The notes: a model not told the origin generated them from the letters alone. DNA of 64,000 nt from an uncultured Pseudomonadales bacterium (GCA_964432115.1 CAYSMC010000033.1:1123-65122), one strand, 5' to 3'. Positions 10,472-22,144 are shown, counted from the stretch's first letter. Translations and numbers: made by a program.

Positions 10472-10628
10472 ATGATTGTTAGTATAACATCACAAAAAAT
10501 ATCAAATTGAAGAAAAAACCGGAATCAGGCGATTAATCTTGAAATCAAGCCTTGTTTTTACTCAAAAAATTTTCTATACTGGTAGCAGTTAACAACTACT
10601 AGATTTTATCAATAAAGACCTGCCATTC

Positions 10629-12269
10629 ATGCTTAGGATTTTCAATTTACTGTATCAGAAAAAAACTAAACTCATTTCGCAAAGAGTTTACTTTTGTGAG
10701 TACGGAGCTTTTGTTTATTTAATAGTTCAAGATAAAGATACAGGAAAAATTATTAAATCGGCTAAAAGCAAAGATGGCTTTTTGTTCCGTAAGGTAAGGG
10801 TAAAAGAGGAAGTGGTCAAGCAGTATCCTCAATTAAAAAAGAAAAGACGAGCTTTTATTAGAGAGCGTTATGTGGATCATTTAGCTCCAGCCAGTGAGTT
10901 TATTGATAAATCCAAAATTAGTGTACAAAATGCTTTTAGAACTCCAGAGGGAGTGTTATTGTTTTACCATTATCATAATTATCAGTCCTATCAAGTTGGT
11001 GTAGCTGGTTTCACACATGATGACAATCCCCAATTAATTTGGCGCCATCACCAACCTGTTTGGGAGATGTATGATCAAGTGGCTGATAAAAAAATTGAAT
11101 TTATTGATTTGATAGAAATCAATGGTCAACTAATTGCCTATTGGTTAGTAGAAAATGAAGCAGTTTGGGCAACTGTATATCCGAATTATCGAATTACTGA
11201 ACAAATTGAAATTGTTAAAGGTTCACAACTTGATCGACCAAAAGCTAATCCATTAATTAGCCCTAATCCTGCTCACGATTGGGAATCCTTTACCACTTTT
11301 AATCCTGGGGCTCTCTATGACGCTGGAAAAGTTCACTTGTTGTATCGAGCACAAGGTCACGACTATGTTTCTTCGATCGGTTACGCCAGCAGTGCTGACG
11401 GGATACACATCGAGCAACAATTAGAAAAGCCAGTATTTATTCCCACCCAACCTTTTGAAATTCCAATTCAAGCTGGACAAGTCAATATGAAATTCATGTC
11501 TGCAGGTTATGGAGGTTGTGAAGATCCACGTTTAACTAGAATTGACGATCGAATTTACATGACTTATGTTGCTTTTAATGGTTATTCTGAACCACGAATC
11601 GCTATTAGTTCTATTTCGGTCAAAGACTTTCTTGATCATAATTGGTTGTGGACTCATCCAGTTTTGATTTCTCGACCGGGGGTAGTAACAAAGAGTGCTT
11701 GTATTTTGCCAGAAAAAATTGACGGCAAATATGTTATTTTTCATCGAGTTTTTCCCGATATTTTAATTGACTACCGCGACGATTTAGATTTCAATGATGG
11801 TCAATATTTGTCCTCTCAAAAAAAGATAAGTCCGCGCTCAGCTCTATGGTGGGACAGTCGAAAAATTGGTGTGGGTGCTCCTCCGCTTAAAACGAAAGAT
11901 GGATGGTTACTAATCTATCAATCTATTGATGACAAAGAAGGTCATCCATATAAGGTTGGAGCAATGTTGCTTGATTTGAACGATCCTAGCGAGGTTTTAC
12001 ATCGTTCTCGACAACCAATTCTTGAACCACAAGAATGGTATGACAATGATGGTTTTAAAGCAGGGGTGGTTTATCCTTGTGGCGCAGTGATTATTGGTGA
12101 AACTCTCTTTGTTTATTATGGAGGAGCAGATTCTAGAGTGTGCGTGGCCACTGCTAATTTAGAAGAGTTTTTAAATCAGCTTAAAAAAGAAGGTGAGGCA
12201 AAAGTTGAACCAACTGTAATTACCAAATTAGATCAAAAAAGTTTAGCTAAAAAAGGCTTTTTTTCGTAA
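10629..12269 (+). CDS. GH130-family glycoside phosphorylase/hydrolase with an N-terminal extension
   Basis: 'FNPGA', 'LLYRA', 'GCEDPR', 'VVYPCG' and 'YYGGAD'. Confidence 0.9.
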   Translation: MLRIFNLLYQKKTKLISQRVYFCEYGAFVYLIVQDKDTGKIIKSAKSKDGFLFRKVRVKEEVVKQYPQLKKKRRAFIRERYVDHLAPASEFIDKSKISVQNAFRTPEGVLLFYHYHNYQSYQVGVAGFTHDDNPQLIWRHHQPVWEMYDQVADKKIEFIDLIEINGQLIAYWLVENEAVWATVYPNYRITEQIEIVKGSQLDRPKANPLISPNPAHDWESFTTFNPGALYDAGKVHLLYRAQGHDYVSSIGYASSADGIHIEQQLEKPVFIPTQPFEIPIQAGQVNMKFMSAGYGGCEDPRLTRIDDRIYMTYVAFNGYSEPRIAISSISVKDFLDHNWLWTHPVLISRPGVVTKSACILPEKIDGKYVIFHRVFPDILIDYRDDLDFNDGQYLSSQKKISPRSALWWDSRKIGVGAPPLKTKDGWLLIYQSIDDKEGHPYKVGAMLLDLNDPSEVLHRSRQPILEPQEWYDNDGFKAGVVYPCGAVIIGETLFVYYGGADSRVCVATANLEEFLNQLKKEGEAKVEPTVITKLDQKSLAKKGFFS

Positions 12270-12330
12270 CCAGAGATTCAAGTTAAATATTAGTTACTGC
12301 AATAATAAGTTTTAAAAATAGAAAGCATTT

Positions 12331-14271
12331 ATGAGTCAAGCCAAGCAAGGTCTACAGTTTGAAAGACATCAAAAAAATCCAATTTTGTCTCCCAAGTCTG
12401 GTAAAGACTGGCAGGCTCGAGCGGTTTTTAACCCCAGCGTTGTCAAAGAAACTGAGGACAGCTACCATATGTTGTATCGGGCAGTGTCTAATGAAAAAGA
12501 ACAGACTGGTCAGTGGATGAGTTTGTCAACTATTGGCTATGCTGCAAGCAGAAATGGGCTTGATTTTTCAAACACTAGACAATTAATTGTGCCTGAATAT
12601 GATTGGGAAAAATTTGGCTGTGAAGATCCTCGAGTGACTTTTATTGATGGTCAATATTTTATTTTTTACACTGCCCTTTCAGATTTTCCTCATAGCGCAG
12701 ATGGCATTAGGGTGGCGGTAGCGATTAGCGATGATTTAAGAACTATTAAAGAAAAACATTTAGTCACTCACTTCAACGCTAAGGCCATGGCTTTATTCCC
12801 CGAAAAAATTAATGGTCAGTATGTAGCTGTTTTAACTCCAAATACCGATTTACCACCAGCCATGATTGCTGTTGCAAAATTTGATGAATTGGAAGATATT
12901 TGGTCGCCAGGATATTGGGAAAAATGGTATGAATGTATTGATCGTCATCAAATTAATTTGGAGCGTATTGACACTGACCAAATTGAAGTAGGAGGAGTGC
13001 CGATCAAGACTGAGGATGGTTGGTTGTTGCTCTATGCTCATATTCAAAACTATCCAACCGAAAACAAGCGAATTTTTGGTATCGAGGCAGCATTGCTAGA
13101 TTCAAAAAATCCTCAGGAGATTAAAGTTAGAACCAAGGGGCCCCTTCTAACCCCAGGTGTTAAATATGAGGCTGATGGCATGGTGCCCAATGTTATTTTT
13201 CCTTCATCAGCTTTGATTGAGGGTGATAAATTGCGTTTATATTATGGTGCAGCCGATACTCATTGTTCAGCTGCAGAAATCTCCTTAGCTGATCTAGTTA
13301 AAGAGATGAAAGCCAATCTTTTTAAAGAGAGCTATCACTTGGTCAAATATCATCGCAATCCAATTTTGATACCTCGCAGTGAAAATTTTTGGGAAGCCAA
13401 TTCAGTGTTTAATCCAGCTGCAGTATATGTCGGTGACAAATTTTATGTAGTTTATCGAGCCCAATCGCCGGACAATACTTCAACTTTGGGTTTGGCAGAA
13501 AGTGATGACGGCTTTAATTTCAAGCGTTACCACGAACCAATTTATGTACCACGAAAAGAATTCGAACAAAAAAGAGAACCAGGGAGATTATCTGGCTGTG
13601 AAGATCCTCGTATTACTCGCCTAGGAGATGAATTTTTGATGTTCTATACCGCCTACGATGGTATTAATCCACCAAGAGTAGCTCTAAGTTTAATTGCGGT
13701 CAATGATTTTGTTAATCATAACTGGCAATGGTCCGAACCCATAGTTATATCTTCACCAGAAATCGATAATAAAAACAGTTGCCTATTCCCAGAAAAAGTT
13801 AGAGGGCGCTATGTAATCTTACATAGAATGGCTGGTAAAGAGATTGCTATTGATTATCTTGATGATTTAAGTGAGTTGCAAACTGAAGGAGTGTGGTTGG
13901 AAAAAGAACAATCAATTGCTCCTAGAACAGAACACTGGGATGGTTTAAAAATTGGTATTGCTGGGCCACCACTTTTGGTAGATCAAGGATGGTTGCTGCT
14001 TTATCATGGTGTGTCAGATATTGATCATCATTATCGAGTGGGTTTCATGCTTTTAGATAGAGATGATCCAGGCAAAGTTTTGTATCGCTCACCTTATCCA
14101 ATTCTCAAACCAACTGAAGAATTTGAAAGAATTGGTGATGTTGATAATGTGGTGTTTCCCTGCGGGGCAGTGATTGTGAAAGGCACGTTGTTTGTCTACT
14201 ACGGCGGGGCAGATAAGGTGGTTTGTGTAGCCACAGCTGATTTAAGTGAGTTATTGGCGCAAATTAAGTAA
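12331..14271 (+). CDS. Tandem double-domain GH130-family protein
   Basis: Two complete sets of FNP/YRA/GCEDPR/VxFP/YYGxAD motifs. Confidence 0.9.
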   Translation: MSQAKQGLQFERHQKNPILSPKSGKDWQARAVFNPSVVKETEDSYHMLYRAVSNEKEQTGQWMSLSTIGYAASRNGLDFSNTRQLIVPEYDWEKFGCEDPRVTFIDGQYFIFYTALSDFPHSADGIRVAVAISDDLRTIKEKHLVTHFNAKAMALFPEKINGQYVAVLTPNTDLPPAMIAVAKFDELEDIWSPGYWEKWYECIDRHQINLERIDTDQIEVGGVPIKTEDGWLLLYAHIQNYPTENKRIFGIEAALLDSKNPQEIKVRTKGPLLTPGVKYEADGMVPNVIFPSSALIEGDKLRLYYGAADTHCSAAEISLADLVKEMKANLFKESYHLVKYHRNPILIPRSENFWEANSVFNPAAVYVGDKFYVVYRAQSPDNTSTLGLAESDDGFNFKRYHEPIYVPRKEFEQKREPGRLSGCEDPRITRLGDEFLMFYTAYDGINPPRVALSLIAVNDFVNHNWQWSEPIVISSPEIDNKNSCLFPEKVRGRYVILHRMAGKEIAIDYLDDLSELQTEGVWLEKEQSIAPRTEHWDGLKIGIAGPPLLVDQGWLLLYHGVSDIDHHYRVGFMLLDRDDPGKVLYRSPYPILKPTEEFERIGDVDNVVFPCGAVIVKGTLFVYYGGADKVVCVATADLSELLAQIK

Positions 14272-14282
14272 AGTTTAATTAT

Positions 14283-17004
14283 TTAAATTTTATTTTTGCT
14301 GACAATTATTTTTCTGCCCAATTTATATAACTCACCAATCACAAACACTAAAATTGACAGTAAAACACCCTCAGTTATTTCTTTATTACTCAATGGTGTA
14401 AAGTTAAAAATATTAACTAAAAAGCTATTACTTAGAGCTAAATATAGCAAAAATAAGGATGCCGCCACCGCTGCTAGCAGGTATTTGTTTGTAAAAAAGC
14501 CAATGCTAAATACCGAGCGATCAAGCGAGCGCATGTTGAAGATGTTGATTAACTGAGTTAAACAAATCACCAAAAAAGCTCCAGTCCTTGCTTTTTCTAA
14601 GCCTTGAGGTAAAAGATCTATAAACATCCACATTGAACTTGCTACCATGCAAAAAATAATAGGAGTTAAAAAACCCAACATCTTTCTAGACAGAATATTT
14701 TCTTGTTTAGTTCTTGGTGGTTGAGCTAAAACATCTCCGTGTCCTGGTTCTGCAGCTAAAGCAATATCTACTAATCCATCAGTAACAAGGTTTACCCACA
14801 AAATTTGTGAAGCCAACAGTGGCAGAGGAAAACCAAAAGCGATGGAAATAATAATAATCAAATCTTCAGCCAAGTTGGTGGTGATTAAAAAGGCACTGGC
14901 CTGTCTTGTATTAACAAAAACCACTCTGCCTTCCTCAACTGCATCAATTAAAGAAGCAAAATTATCATCAGCTAGCACAATGTCGCTGGCTTCTCTGGCG
15001 ACATCAGTGCCAATTTTACCCATAGCAATGCCAATATTAGCTTTTTTCAGTGCCAAAACATCATTAACGCCATCACCAGTCATGGCTACTGTGTGTCCCA
15101 ATTTTTGCAATCTTTCCAAGATTTTCAGTTTCATATTGGGTGTGAGTCGAGCAAACACTGACACTTCTTCGATTGCTTGATCAAATTCTTCATCATTTAG
15201 CGTTTCTAAGTCATTCCCAGTCATTACTGAGGAATATTCACCAGTTTTCTCATTTTCAGCAATAATGCCAATTTGTTTAGCAATAGCTAAAGCAGTTTCT
15301 TTGTGGTCGCCAGTTTTCATGATGACTCTAATACCCGCTCCCTTTGCTTTTTTAATTGCTTCGGCCACCCCTTGGCGTGGGGGATCGATCATGCCCACAA
15401 AGCCAACAAAAACAAGATTGTTAATGGCATCTACCGAAAGATTTCGTTTGTCACTAGCAGTTGTTTTATAAGCATAAGCAATGACCCTCATAGCTTGAGC
15501 AGAGTATTTTTTAACTTCGTCCAAAGCATTCTGTTTATCTTGCTTGTTAAAATTTTTTATCTCTTTATTGACTAATTGTTTATTACAAAGTTCGATAATT
15601 GCTTCCGGAGCCCCACTGACCTCGATTTCTCTATTTTTTTCCTCTTCAATTAGGACTGCTTTTAGTTTTAATTCTTGATTGAAAGGCAATTGATCTACAA
15701 TTTTAGTTTCTTTTAATTGATCATTAAATTTAGCTTTGTAGGTTAAGATGGTTGAGGCTCCTTCAGTGGGATCACCGCTAATTTGGTAATTGGGCTCTTC
15801 CTTGCTGCCTTTATTAATTAGGCGAGCCCGACTATTTAGTCCAGCAATTGTAATTAATTTTTTTAAGGCATAATTTTTTAGAGGATTAATCGCTTTTTCA
15901 TCTTTGAAAAATTCACCCTCAGGATTCCAGCCAGAACCAGAAACAACAAAAGACTGATTTGTTAAGCAAATTTGTTCAATGGTCATGGTGTTTTGAGTCA
16001 GAGTGCCGGTTTTATCGGTGGCAATTACATCAGTAATACTTAAAGTTTCAGTAGCAGGAAGAGAGCGAACAATAGCTTTTTTATTAGCCATTCTTCTAGC
16101 TCCAGAAGCTAGAATAATGACTAAAACTGCTGGCAAACCCTCTGGAATACCAGAAACTAAAGAAGCTACGGCAAAGGTAAAGATATCAGCAAATGTCATA
16201 TCTCTAAAGAAGTAACCAATCACAAAGGTAAATAAAGCGCCAAAAATTGCAATCACAGACATTTGTTTAGCTAGGCGATCAGTTTTAACTTCAAAATGAG
16301 ATTTTTCTTTTTTAATTTCTCCAAGAGTTTTAGCAATTTGTCCAATAGCGGTGTGATTGCCAGTTTCAGTGACCACAAATTTGCCAAATCCACTAACAAC
16401 AAAAGTACTCATCCATACATAATTTTTGCGATCAGCCAAAGCAGTTTTATTAGCGATAGTTCGAATATTTTTTTCTACAGCAAAGGCTTCACCGGTTAAA
16501 GACGATTCAACTACTTGTAAATTGTTACTTTCAATCAATCTACCGTCAGCTGAAATCCGATCTCCTTCTTCAAGCAAGACAATATCGCCCGGAACTAGCT
16601 CTTTAGATGGAATTTCAATTAATTGTCCCTCTCTAAAAACCTTGCTAGTAGCAACAATAATTTCTTTTAGTGATTCGATAGCTTTATTGGCTTTAAATTC
16701 TTGAGCAAAGCCAATAATGGTGTTAACCAGCAAAACAAACAAGATCACGTAAGTATCAATAGTATGATCAAGAAAATAGGTAATGGTGGCTGCCATTAGC
16801 ATCACCAAGACTAATAAATTATTAAGCTGATGCCAAAGAATACTAAATATTAAATGTTTTGGTTTGTCGTCTGCAATTTCATTACTACCATATTTGTTTT
16901 GTCTTTTATCAACTTCGTCTTTACTTAAGCCTTTTTCTGGATCGGTATTAAATTTTTCTAACACTTTTTTTGTAGCTAATGCTATAGTAGGGAATTTTGG
17001 GCAT
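14283..17004 (-). CDS. Cation-transporting P-type ATPase (P2A, Ca2+-type); the probable true start ATG 17004 is separated from the body by a 1-nt shift in an A7 run
   Basis: 'LTGEA', 'PEGL', 'DKTGTLT', 'TGDGVND' and 'QILWVNLVTDG'. Removing one base at 16965-16971 gives 'MPKIPYYSISYKKVLEKF'. The ORF-track start is GTG at 16964. Confidence 0.9.
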
Positions 17005-17095
17005 ACGACTATTTAGTGTAGCAAAATTAGTATCATGAAACAAGCTTTTCCTCTGGTTTTTATGAGGACTAGCTGATAAACTAAAGCGCATAGTT

Positions 17096-18937
17096 ATGTT
17101 TAAGAAAATACTTGAATACACCAAGCCTTATCGCAAAACCCTAATTTTTATTAGTGCTTTAATTGTAGTGATGGCTTTACTCAATCAGGTTGAGCCATTT
17201 ATTACTCGAGCTATTACTGATCGTCTAGTAGACAATCAGGATCGAGGCTTGTTTTCTTATATTGCTATTTTGCTTCTAGTGTTGTTAGTGGTCAAATTAA
17301 TTCAGTCAGGCCTAAATCGTTTGTCTTGGTATTTAACTAATATTTTTGTGATTAAGTTTGAGGCTAGTTTAAAGCAGTTGGGTTTTGATCATTTAATGCA
17401 ACTGTCGCTATCTTTTTATAATGAGCAAGAAACTGGCAAGGTAATGAGCAAGCTTGATCGAGGGGTAAATCGACTGACTTCAATTGTTAATAATTCAGGA
17501 ATGCATTTCATTCCTAGTGTTACTACTGCTTTAATGTCTTTTGCCATAGTTCTTTATTATGAATGGCGCATTGGCGTGATCACAGTCTTGGCCTTTGTGC
17601 CCTATGTGGCGATTAATCGTTGGCGTTTTGAGAAAAACAATAAGTTGGAGCGTCGCGAATATCGCTTATATGACAAGCAGTACGCGCATTTTTGGGAAGT
17701 TTTAAGCTCCATGGAGTTAATCAAATCGTTTCGGGCAGAAGAATTTGAAAAGCGTCGATTACAAGATTTTTTCAAAAAAATTATTAATATTCGCCGAGAA
17801 ATGGAAAAAAATACCAATCGCTCAGTAATTGGCGACATCATTTTGGAGTCATTGAGTTGGGCGATGTACGCTTACATTGTTTATATTACTTGGCAGGGGC
17901 AGATCACCATTGGTACTTTGATTTTATTGGTAGGGTTAATTCAAATGATTCGTCAACCATTATGGCAAATTAACTGGATTTTTTGGGAGGTTAAACGAGC
18001 GCAAATTGGTGCACGAGATTTTTTTAAAATTATGCATGTTAAGCCAGAGATAATTGACCCAGTTAAACCAGTCATAATTAAAAATGTGCGTGGAGAAATT
18101 ATTTTTGATAATGTGTCATTTACCTATCGACAAAATATGCACAATTATTTTGACAAATATTATGAAGAACAAGAACATAACAACACTAAAACAAACAAAA
18201 AAGAAGACTTAAATACTACGGGGTTACAAGTTTTTGATCAAGTTTCTTTCACAATTGAATCTGGTAAAATGACTGCATTTGTTGGTCCTTCCGGAGCCGG
18301 TAAAAGCACCATCGCTAGTTTGTTAATGCGCTTTTTTGATCCCGATGAAGGACGAATTCTCTTAGATGGTGTTGATCTAAAAAAATTTTGTCAACATGAT
18401 TTAAGATCACAAATGGGCTTAGTTAGTCAAAGTGCTTACCTCTTTGCGAGTTCAATTGAGGAAAATTTAAGATATGCTAAACCGCGTGCTACTGAAGAAG
18501 AGATGTGGAGAGCTTGTAGGATTGCCAGAGCTGATGAATTTATTGAAAAGTTTGATCAAGGTTTAAAAACTACTATTGGTGAGCGAGGTGTCAAACTTTC
18601 TGGTGGACAACGCCAAAGATTGTCTTTGGCAAGAACCATACTCCGCGATCCTAAAATTGTTATTTTGGATGAAGCAACTAGTGCTCTAGATTCAGAATCA
18701 GAAATGTATATTCAACAAGCTTTGACTGAAGTTTTGAAAGGGCGGACTTCGATCGTGATTGCTCACCGCTTATCAACGGTTCAACGCTCTGACAAGATCA
18801 TCGTCATTAAGGATCAACATTTATTAGAGCAAGGCACTCACCAACAATTACTCAAAAAAGATGGTTTATATGCGAGTTTGTTTAAAATCCAGTCGGGTGA
18901 TGTGGCAAAATTGAAGGAATGGGATTTGGTTAGATAA
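17096..18937 (+). CDS. ABC exporter, fused permease/ATP-binding protein (MsbA/MdlB-like)
   Basis: TM domain followed by 'GPSGAGKS', 'LSGGQRQR', 'ILDEATSALD' and 'IAHRLST'. Confidence 0.95.
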   Translation: MFKKILEYTKPYRKTLIFISALIVVMALLNQVEPFITRAITDRLVDNQDRGLFSYIAILLLVLLVVKLIQSGLNRLSWYLTNIFVIKFEASLKQLGFDHLMQLSLSFYNEQETGKVMSKLDRGVNRLTSIVNNSGMHFIPSVTTALMSFAIVLYYEWRIGVITVLAFVPYVAINRWRFEKNNKLERREYRLYDKQYAHFWEVLSSMELIKSFRAEEFEKRRLQDFFKKIINIRREMEKNTNRSVIGDIILESLSWAMYAYIVYITWQGQITIGTLILLVGLIQMIRQPLWQINWIFWEVKRAQIGARDFFKIMHVKPEIIDPVKPVIIKNVRGEIIFDNVSFTYRQNMHNYFDKYYEEQEHNNTKTNKKEDLNTTGLQVFDQVSFTIESGKMTAFVGPSGAGKSTIASLLMRFFDPDEGRILLDGVDLKKFCQHDLRSQMGLVSQSAYLFASSIEENLRYAKPRATEEEMWRACRIARADEFIEKFDQGLKTTIGERGVKLSGGQRQRLSLARTILRDPKIVILDEATSALDSESEMYIQQALTEVLKGRTSIVIAHRLSTVQRSDKIIVIKDQHLLEQGTHQQLLKKDGLYASLFKIQSGDVAKLKEWDLVR

Positions 18938-19060
18938 TATAATTTAACAGAAAAAATTGTTCGATAAAAAATTGTTTGTTTTGATTAATTTTTTTGAGTT
19001 TTACCTTATTTTTCATTTAATTTTGTAGTATATTATGATCAAGTCAATGAAAGGATTTTT

Positions 19061-20317
19061 ATGTCTCGTCGAGACTTTTTTAAAATTTTACAACAAGAAG
19101 TAGCTCGGATCGACGCTGCCAGCGTCACCAAAAGACAAGAACATTTAATTGAGGGTTTCACTAAAGAAGCTTCACCTAAAGCTGTAATTAATAACAAACC
19201 GTATCGGATTTTTAACTCTAATGATTATTTGGGGTTGCGTCATCATCGTAAATTAAAAAAAGCTGAGCATCAGATGTCCGAGCTTTGTGGAACTGGTCCT
19301 GGTGCAGTGCGATTTATTTCGGGATCGTTTCAAGTGCATCGCGATTTAGAAAAAGTGCTTGCTAATTTCCATGGCCAAGATGATGCGATGGTTTTTTCAA
19401 GTGCTTTTGCTACCAACTTAGCAGTGTTGTTTAGTCTAATTAAAGGTCAAAGCAAAGATTCTTTACTTACCAGTGAAGCCCTGGTAATTTCTGATGAACT
19501 AAATCATCGCAGTATTATTGATGGTATCCGTTTGGCCAATTTACCCAGTGAGCAAAAGGCTATTTTTAAACATTTAGACCCTCAATCTTTGGAAGAAATT
19601 TTGGCCAAAAATCTTAAAAAATTTAGGCGAGTATTAGTCATTACCGACGGAGTGTTTTCAATGTTAGGTGAATATCAAGACTTGAAAAAGATACGTCGTA
19701 TTATCGATCGTTATGACAAGCAATATCCTGAGGGAGTTGTGTTAGTGGTTGATGATTGTCATGGAGTGGCTGCTTTTGGTAAAACTGGTCGAGGAACGGA
19801 AGAAGTCTCTGGGGCTAGAGCCGATGTGTTGATTGGTACGCTGGGTAAGGGTTTAGGTGCCGATGGCGGCTATGTAGTGGCTAAACAAGCTGTCATTGAT
19901 TATTTACGGGAATCAGCTGCAACCTATATTTATTCAAACTCTATTTCTCCAGGAACTGCTGCCGCCGCATTGATGGCAGTGCAATTAATTGATACCCAAA
20001 CTGGAATTAAATTGCTTAAAAGACTAGCTGATAATTTAGCTTTTATTAAAAAAGAATTGTTAGCATTGGGTTTCCAGTTTGCTGCTGAATCTATTCATCC
20101 TATTCAAGCAATTTTAATTGGTGATACAGCTAAAACCAAAGCATTAACTCAAAAAATGTTTGAGCGAGGTTTTATCCTAACTAACATTAATTATCCAGTA
20201 GTACCTAAAGGCAGAGATGAGATTCGTGTACAAATTAGTGCCAGTCACAATAAAACAGATTTAAAAGCTTTTTTACAAAACATTAAAGAAGTAGCTAAAG
20301 AATTAGAAATTATTTAA
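19061..20317 (+). CDS. kbl: 2-amino-3-ketobutyrate CoA ligase (glycine C-acetyltransferase), PLP class II
   Basis: 'NSNDYLGL', 'AVRFISG', 'SDELNH', 'TDGVFSMLG', 'VDDCH', 'GTLGK' and 'IRVQISA'. BioF cannot be fully excluded, but a tdh gene is present in the window. Confidence 0.75.
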   Translation: MSRRDFFKILQQEVARIDAASVTKRQEHLIEGFTKEASPKAVINNKPYRIFNSNDYLGLRHHRKLKKAEHQMSELCGTGPGAVRFISGSFQVHRDLEKVLANFHGQDDAMVFSSAFATNLAVLFSLIKGQSKDSLLTSEALVISDELNHRSIIDGIRLANLPSEQKAIFKHLDPQSLEEILAKNLKKFRRVLVITDGVFSMLGEYQDLKKIRRIIDRYDKQYPEGVVLVVDDCHGVAAFGKTGRGTEEVSGARADVLIGTLGKGLGADGGYVVAKQAVIDYLRESAATYIYSNSISPGTAAAALMAVQLIDTQTGIKLLKRLADNLAFIKKELLALGFQFAAESIHPIQAILIGDTAKTKALTQKMFERGFILTNINYPVVPKGRDEIRVQISASHNKTDLKAFLQNIKEVAKELEII

Positions 20318-20322
20318 ATAAT

Positions 20323-21438
20323 ATGTTTAAATTTTTAACTCATTTATTTCTTTTAATCGTTGTATTTTTCTTTTTTTCAAAACCAGTTGGCGCTCAACTA
20401 AGAGGAGAAACTCTGGAAGGTAATGTTATAGAAATTGTTGAAACTGGTGAAAAGTTATTTGATGACCAACATTTTCCTTATCAAGTTTTAGAGATTTTAA
20501 TAGAACGGGGAAGTCTAAAGGGTTCACAAATTCAGGTGCTTAATGAATCTGGTTTGGATGCTAATAATTCGAGCGTGATTAATTATCGAGTTTATGAGTT
20601 GGGCGATCGTTTAAGAATATACACTGATTTTAATCAGGAAGAAGAACGCTTTTTTTTAATAGAAGGAGTGGTTAAGCGTCAAGCTTTATTGTGGTTGTTA
20701 ATTTTATTTGTCGTTGCGGTGTTGGTAATCACAGGAAGTTTAGGTTTACTCGCGCTTGTTGGATTAGTGATTTCTTTTTTAGTTATTAGCCGGGTATTGG
20801 TGCCGATGGTTTTGGCAGGTCGACCACCTTTGTTATCAGCTTTGGTTAGTTCGTTTTTAATTATTCCGGCCAGTTTCTATTTAACTCATGGCATTAAAAA
20901 TAAAACCCATAGTGCAGTGTTGGCAACCACTATTTCTTTGTTAATTACCATGTTATTGGCTTTTTATTTTGTTAATTTAACTAATCTAACTGGTTTTGCT
21001 AGTGAAGAAGCAGCTTTTGTTAGCAATATGAGCCAGGGGCAAATAGATTTATTAAGTTTGTTATTCGCTGGTATCATGATTGGAGCACTCGGAGTACTTG
21101 ATGATGTAACTGTTGGTCAAGCGTCTGTAACTGAGCAATTAAGAATAGCCAATCCGCAATTGGATTCTTGGACCCTTTTTGTGCGAAGCATGAAAGTGGG
21201 TCGAGATCACGTTTCATCGATGATTAACACTTTAATTTTAGTTTACGCTGGATCAGCAATGCCGCTTTTAATTTTATTTTTTGATGGTCAGCATAGTTTT
21301 ATTGATGTGATTGAGTTAGAAATTGTTGCTGAAGAAATAGTTAAAACTTTACTTAGCAGTTTAGGTTTGATGTTAGCTGTGCCACTCACCACTTTTTTAA
21401 GTGTTTTTGTATTTAAGTCGGCAAAGGACTTGGATTAA
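20323..21438 (+). CDS. YibE/F-family membrane protein
   Basis: 'GIMIGALGVLDDVTVGQAS' and 'VGRDHVSSMINTLILVYAG'. Confidence 0.9.
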   Translation: MFKFLTHLFLLIVVFFFFSKPVGAQLRGETLEGNVIEIVETGEKLFDDQHFPYQVLEILIERGSLKGSQIQVLNESGLDANNSSVINYRVYELGDRLRIYTDFNQEEERFFLIEGVVKRQALLWLLILFVVAVLVITGSLGLLALVGLVISFLVISRVLVPMVLAGRPPLLSALVSSFLIIPASFYLTHGIKNKTHSAVLATTISLLITMLLAFYFVNLTNLTGFASEEAAFVSNMSQGQIDLLSLLFAGIMIGALGVLDDVTVGQASVTEQLRIANPQLDSWTLFVRSMKVGRDHVSSMINTLILVYAGSAMPLLILFFDGQHSFIDVIELEIVAEEIVKTLLSSLGLMLAVPLTTFLSVFVFKSAKDLD

Positions 21439-22144
21439 CTTTTTGATTGGCCAATTCAAAAACAATTTGCTCATGACCACGTTGATGTTTGTTGCCTATT
21501 TTTTTTGTAATAATTTGATAGAGATTTTTTAGTGTTCTCTTTCTTGTTGCAAATTGTGTAAACTTTTTATTAAATTTTTCTTGATAAGGAATCATCTCTT
21601 TTTTAATTGCTGGAGTTTCTCGACTGATAGTTTCCGCATCCTTTTTTGTCTGTCGATATTGTCGGGCTTCTTTTTCAATTAAATTAATTTGATTAGCTAT
21701 CAAGAGCTGAAATTGAAATAAAATCTCTTTTTCAAATTTTTCTATTAAAACAGTACCTTGTTGTGCATTGGTTTTACTATCTTGACGAGCTAAAACCTCT
21801 CTCTGTGCCAATTCAGCAAAAACGGTGGCAACTAGAGGGTCTCCTGGAGGACCAAATTTTTCACGCAAGAATAGGGCAGCTACTTGTTCTTTAACTTGCT
21901 GATTTAATTGTAATAATTTTTGCTCTATGAGGTTTGATAGTGTTTGTCCAGAATAAATTAAATTTTGCAACAAACTATTGAGAGTTGTATCAATTTCTTT
22001 TTCCAAAAATTGAGAAATTAATAAGGATTGATCTATATCATTGTCTGTTTTTAATAGTAATATGTCTGCTTGTGAAGTCAGTTTTTCCCACTCTCCTCCG
22101 TACCAATTATTCGCGTATTCGACTGATGAAATATTTTCTTTCAT
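21413..22144 (-). CDS. Hypothetical helical protein downstream of the cobalamin riboswitch
   Basis: 243-aa ORF with an AAAGGAG SD-like sequence just before the ATG; no recognisable family motif. Confidence 0.65.
   Translation of the reverse strand: MKENISSVEYANNWYGGEWEKLTSQADILLLKTDNDIDQSLLISQFLEKEIDTTLNSLLQNLIYSGQTLSNLIEQKLLQLNQQVKEQVAALFLREKFGPPGDPLVATVFAELAQREVLARQDSKTNAQQGTVLIEKFEKEILFQFQLLIANQINLIEKEARQYRQTKKDAETISRETPAIKKEMIPYQEKFNKKFTQFATRKRTLKNLYQIITKKIGNKHQRGHEQIVFELANQKVNPSPLPT

Noticed and set aside
14296-16704. Several + strand ORFs inside the P-type ATPase, and similar short antisense or alternate-frame ORFs across the window
   Set aside because: They fully overlap well-supported genes and have no recognisable motifs.
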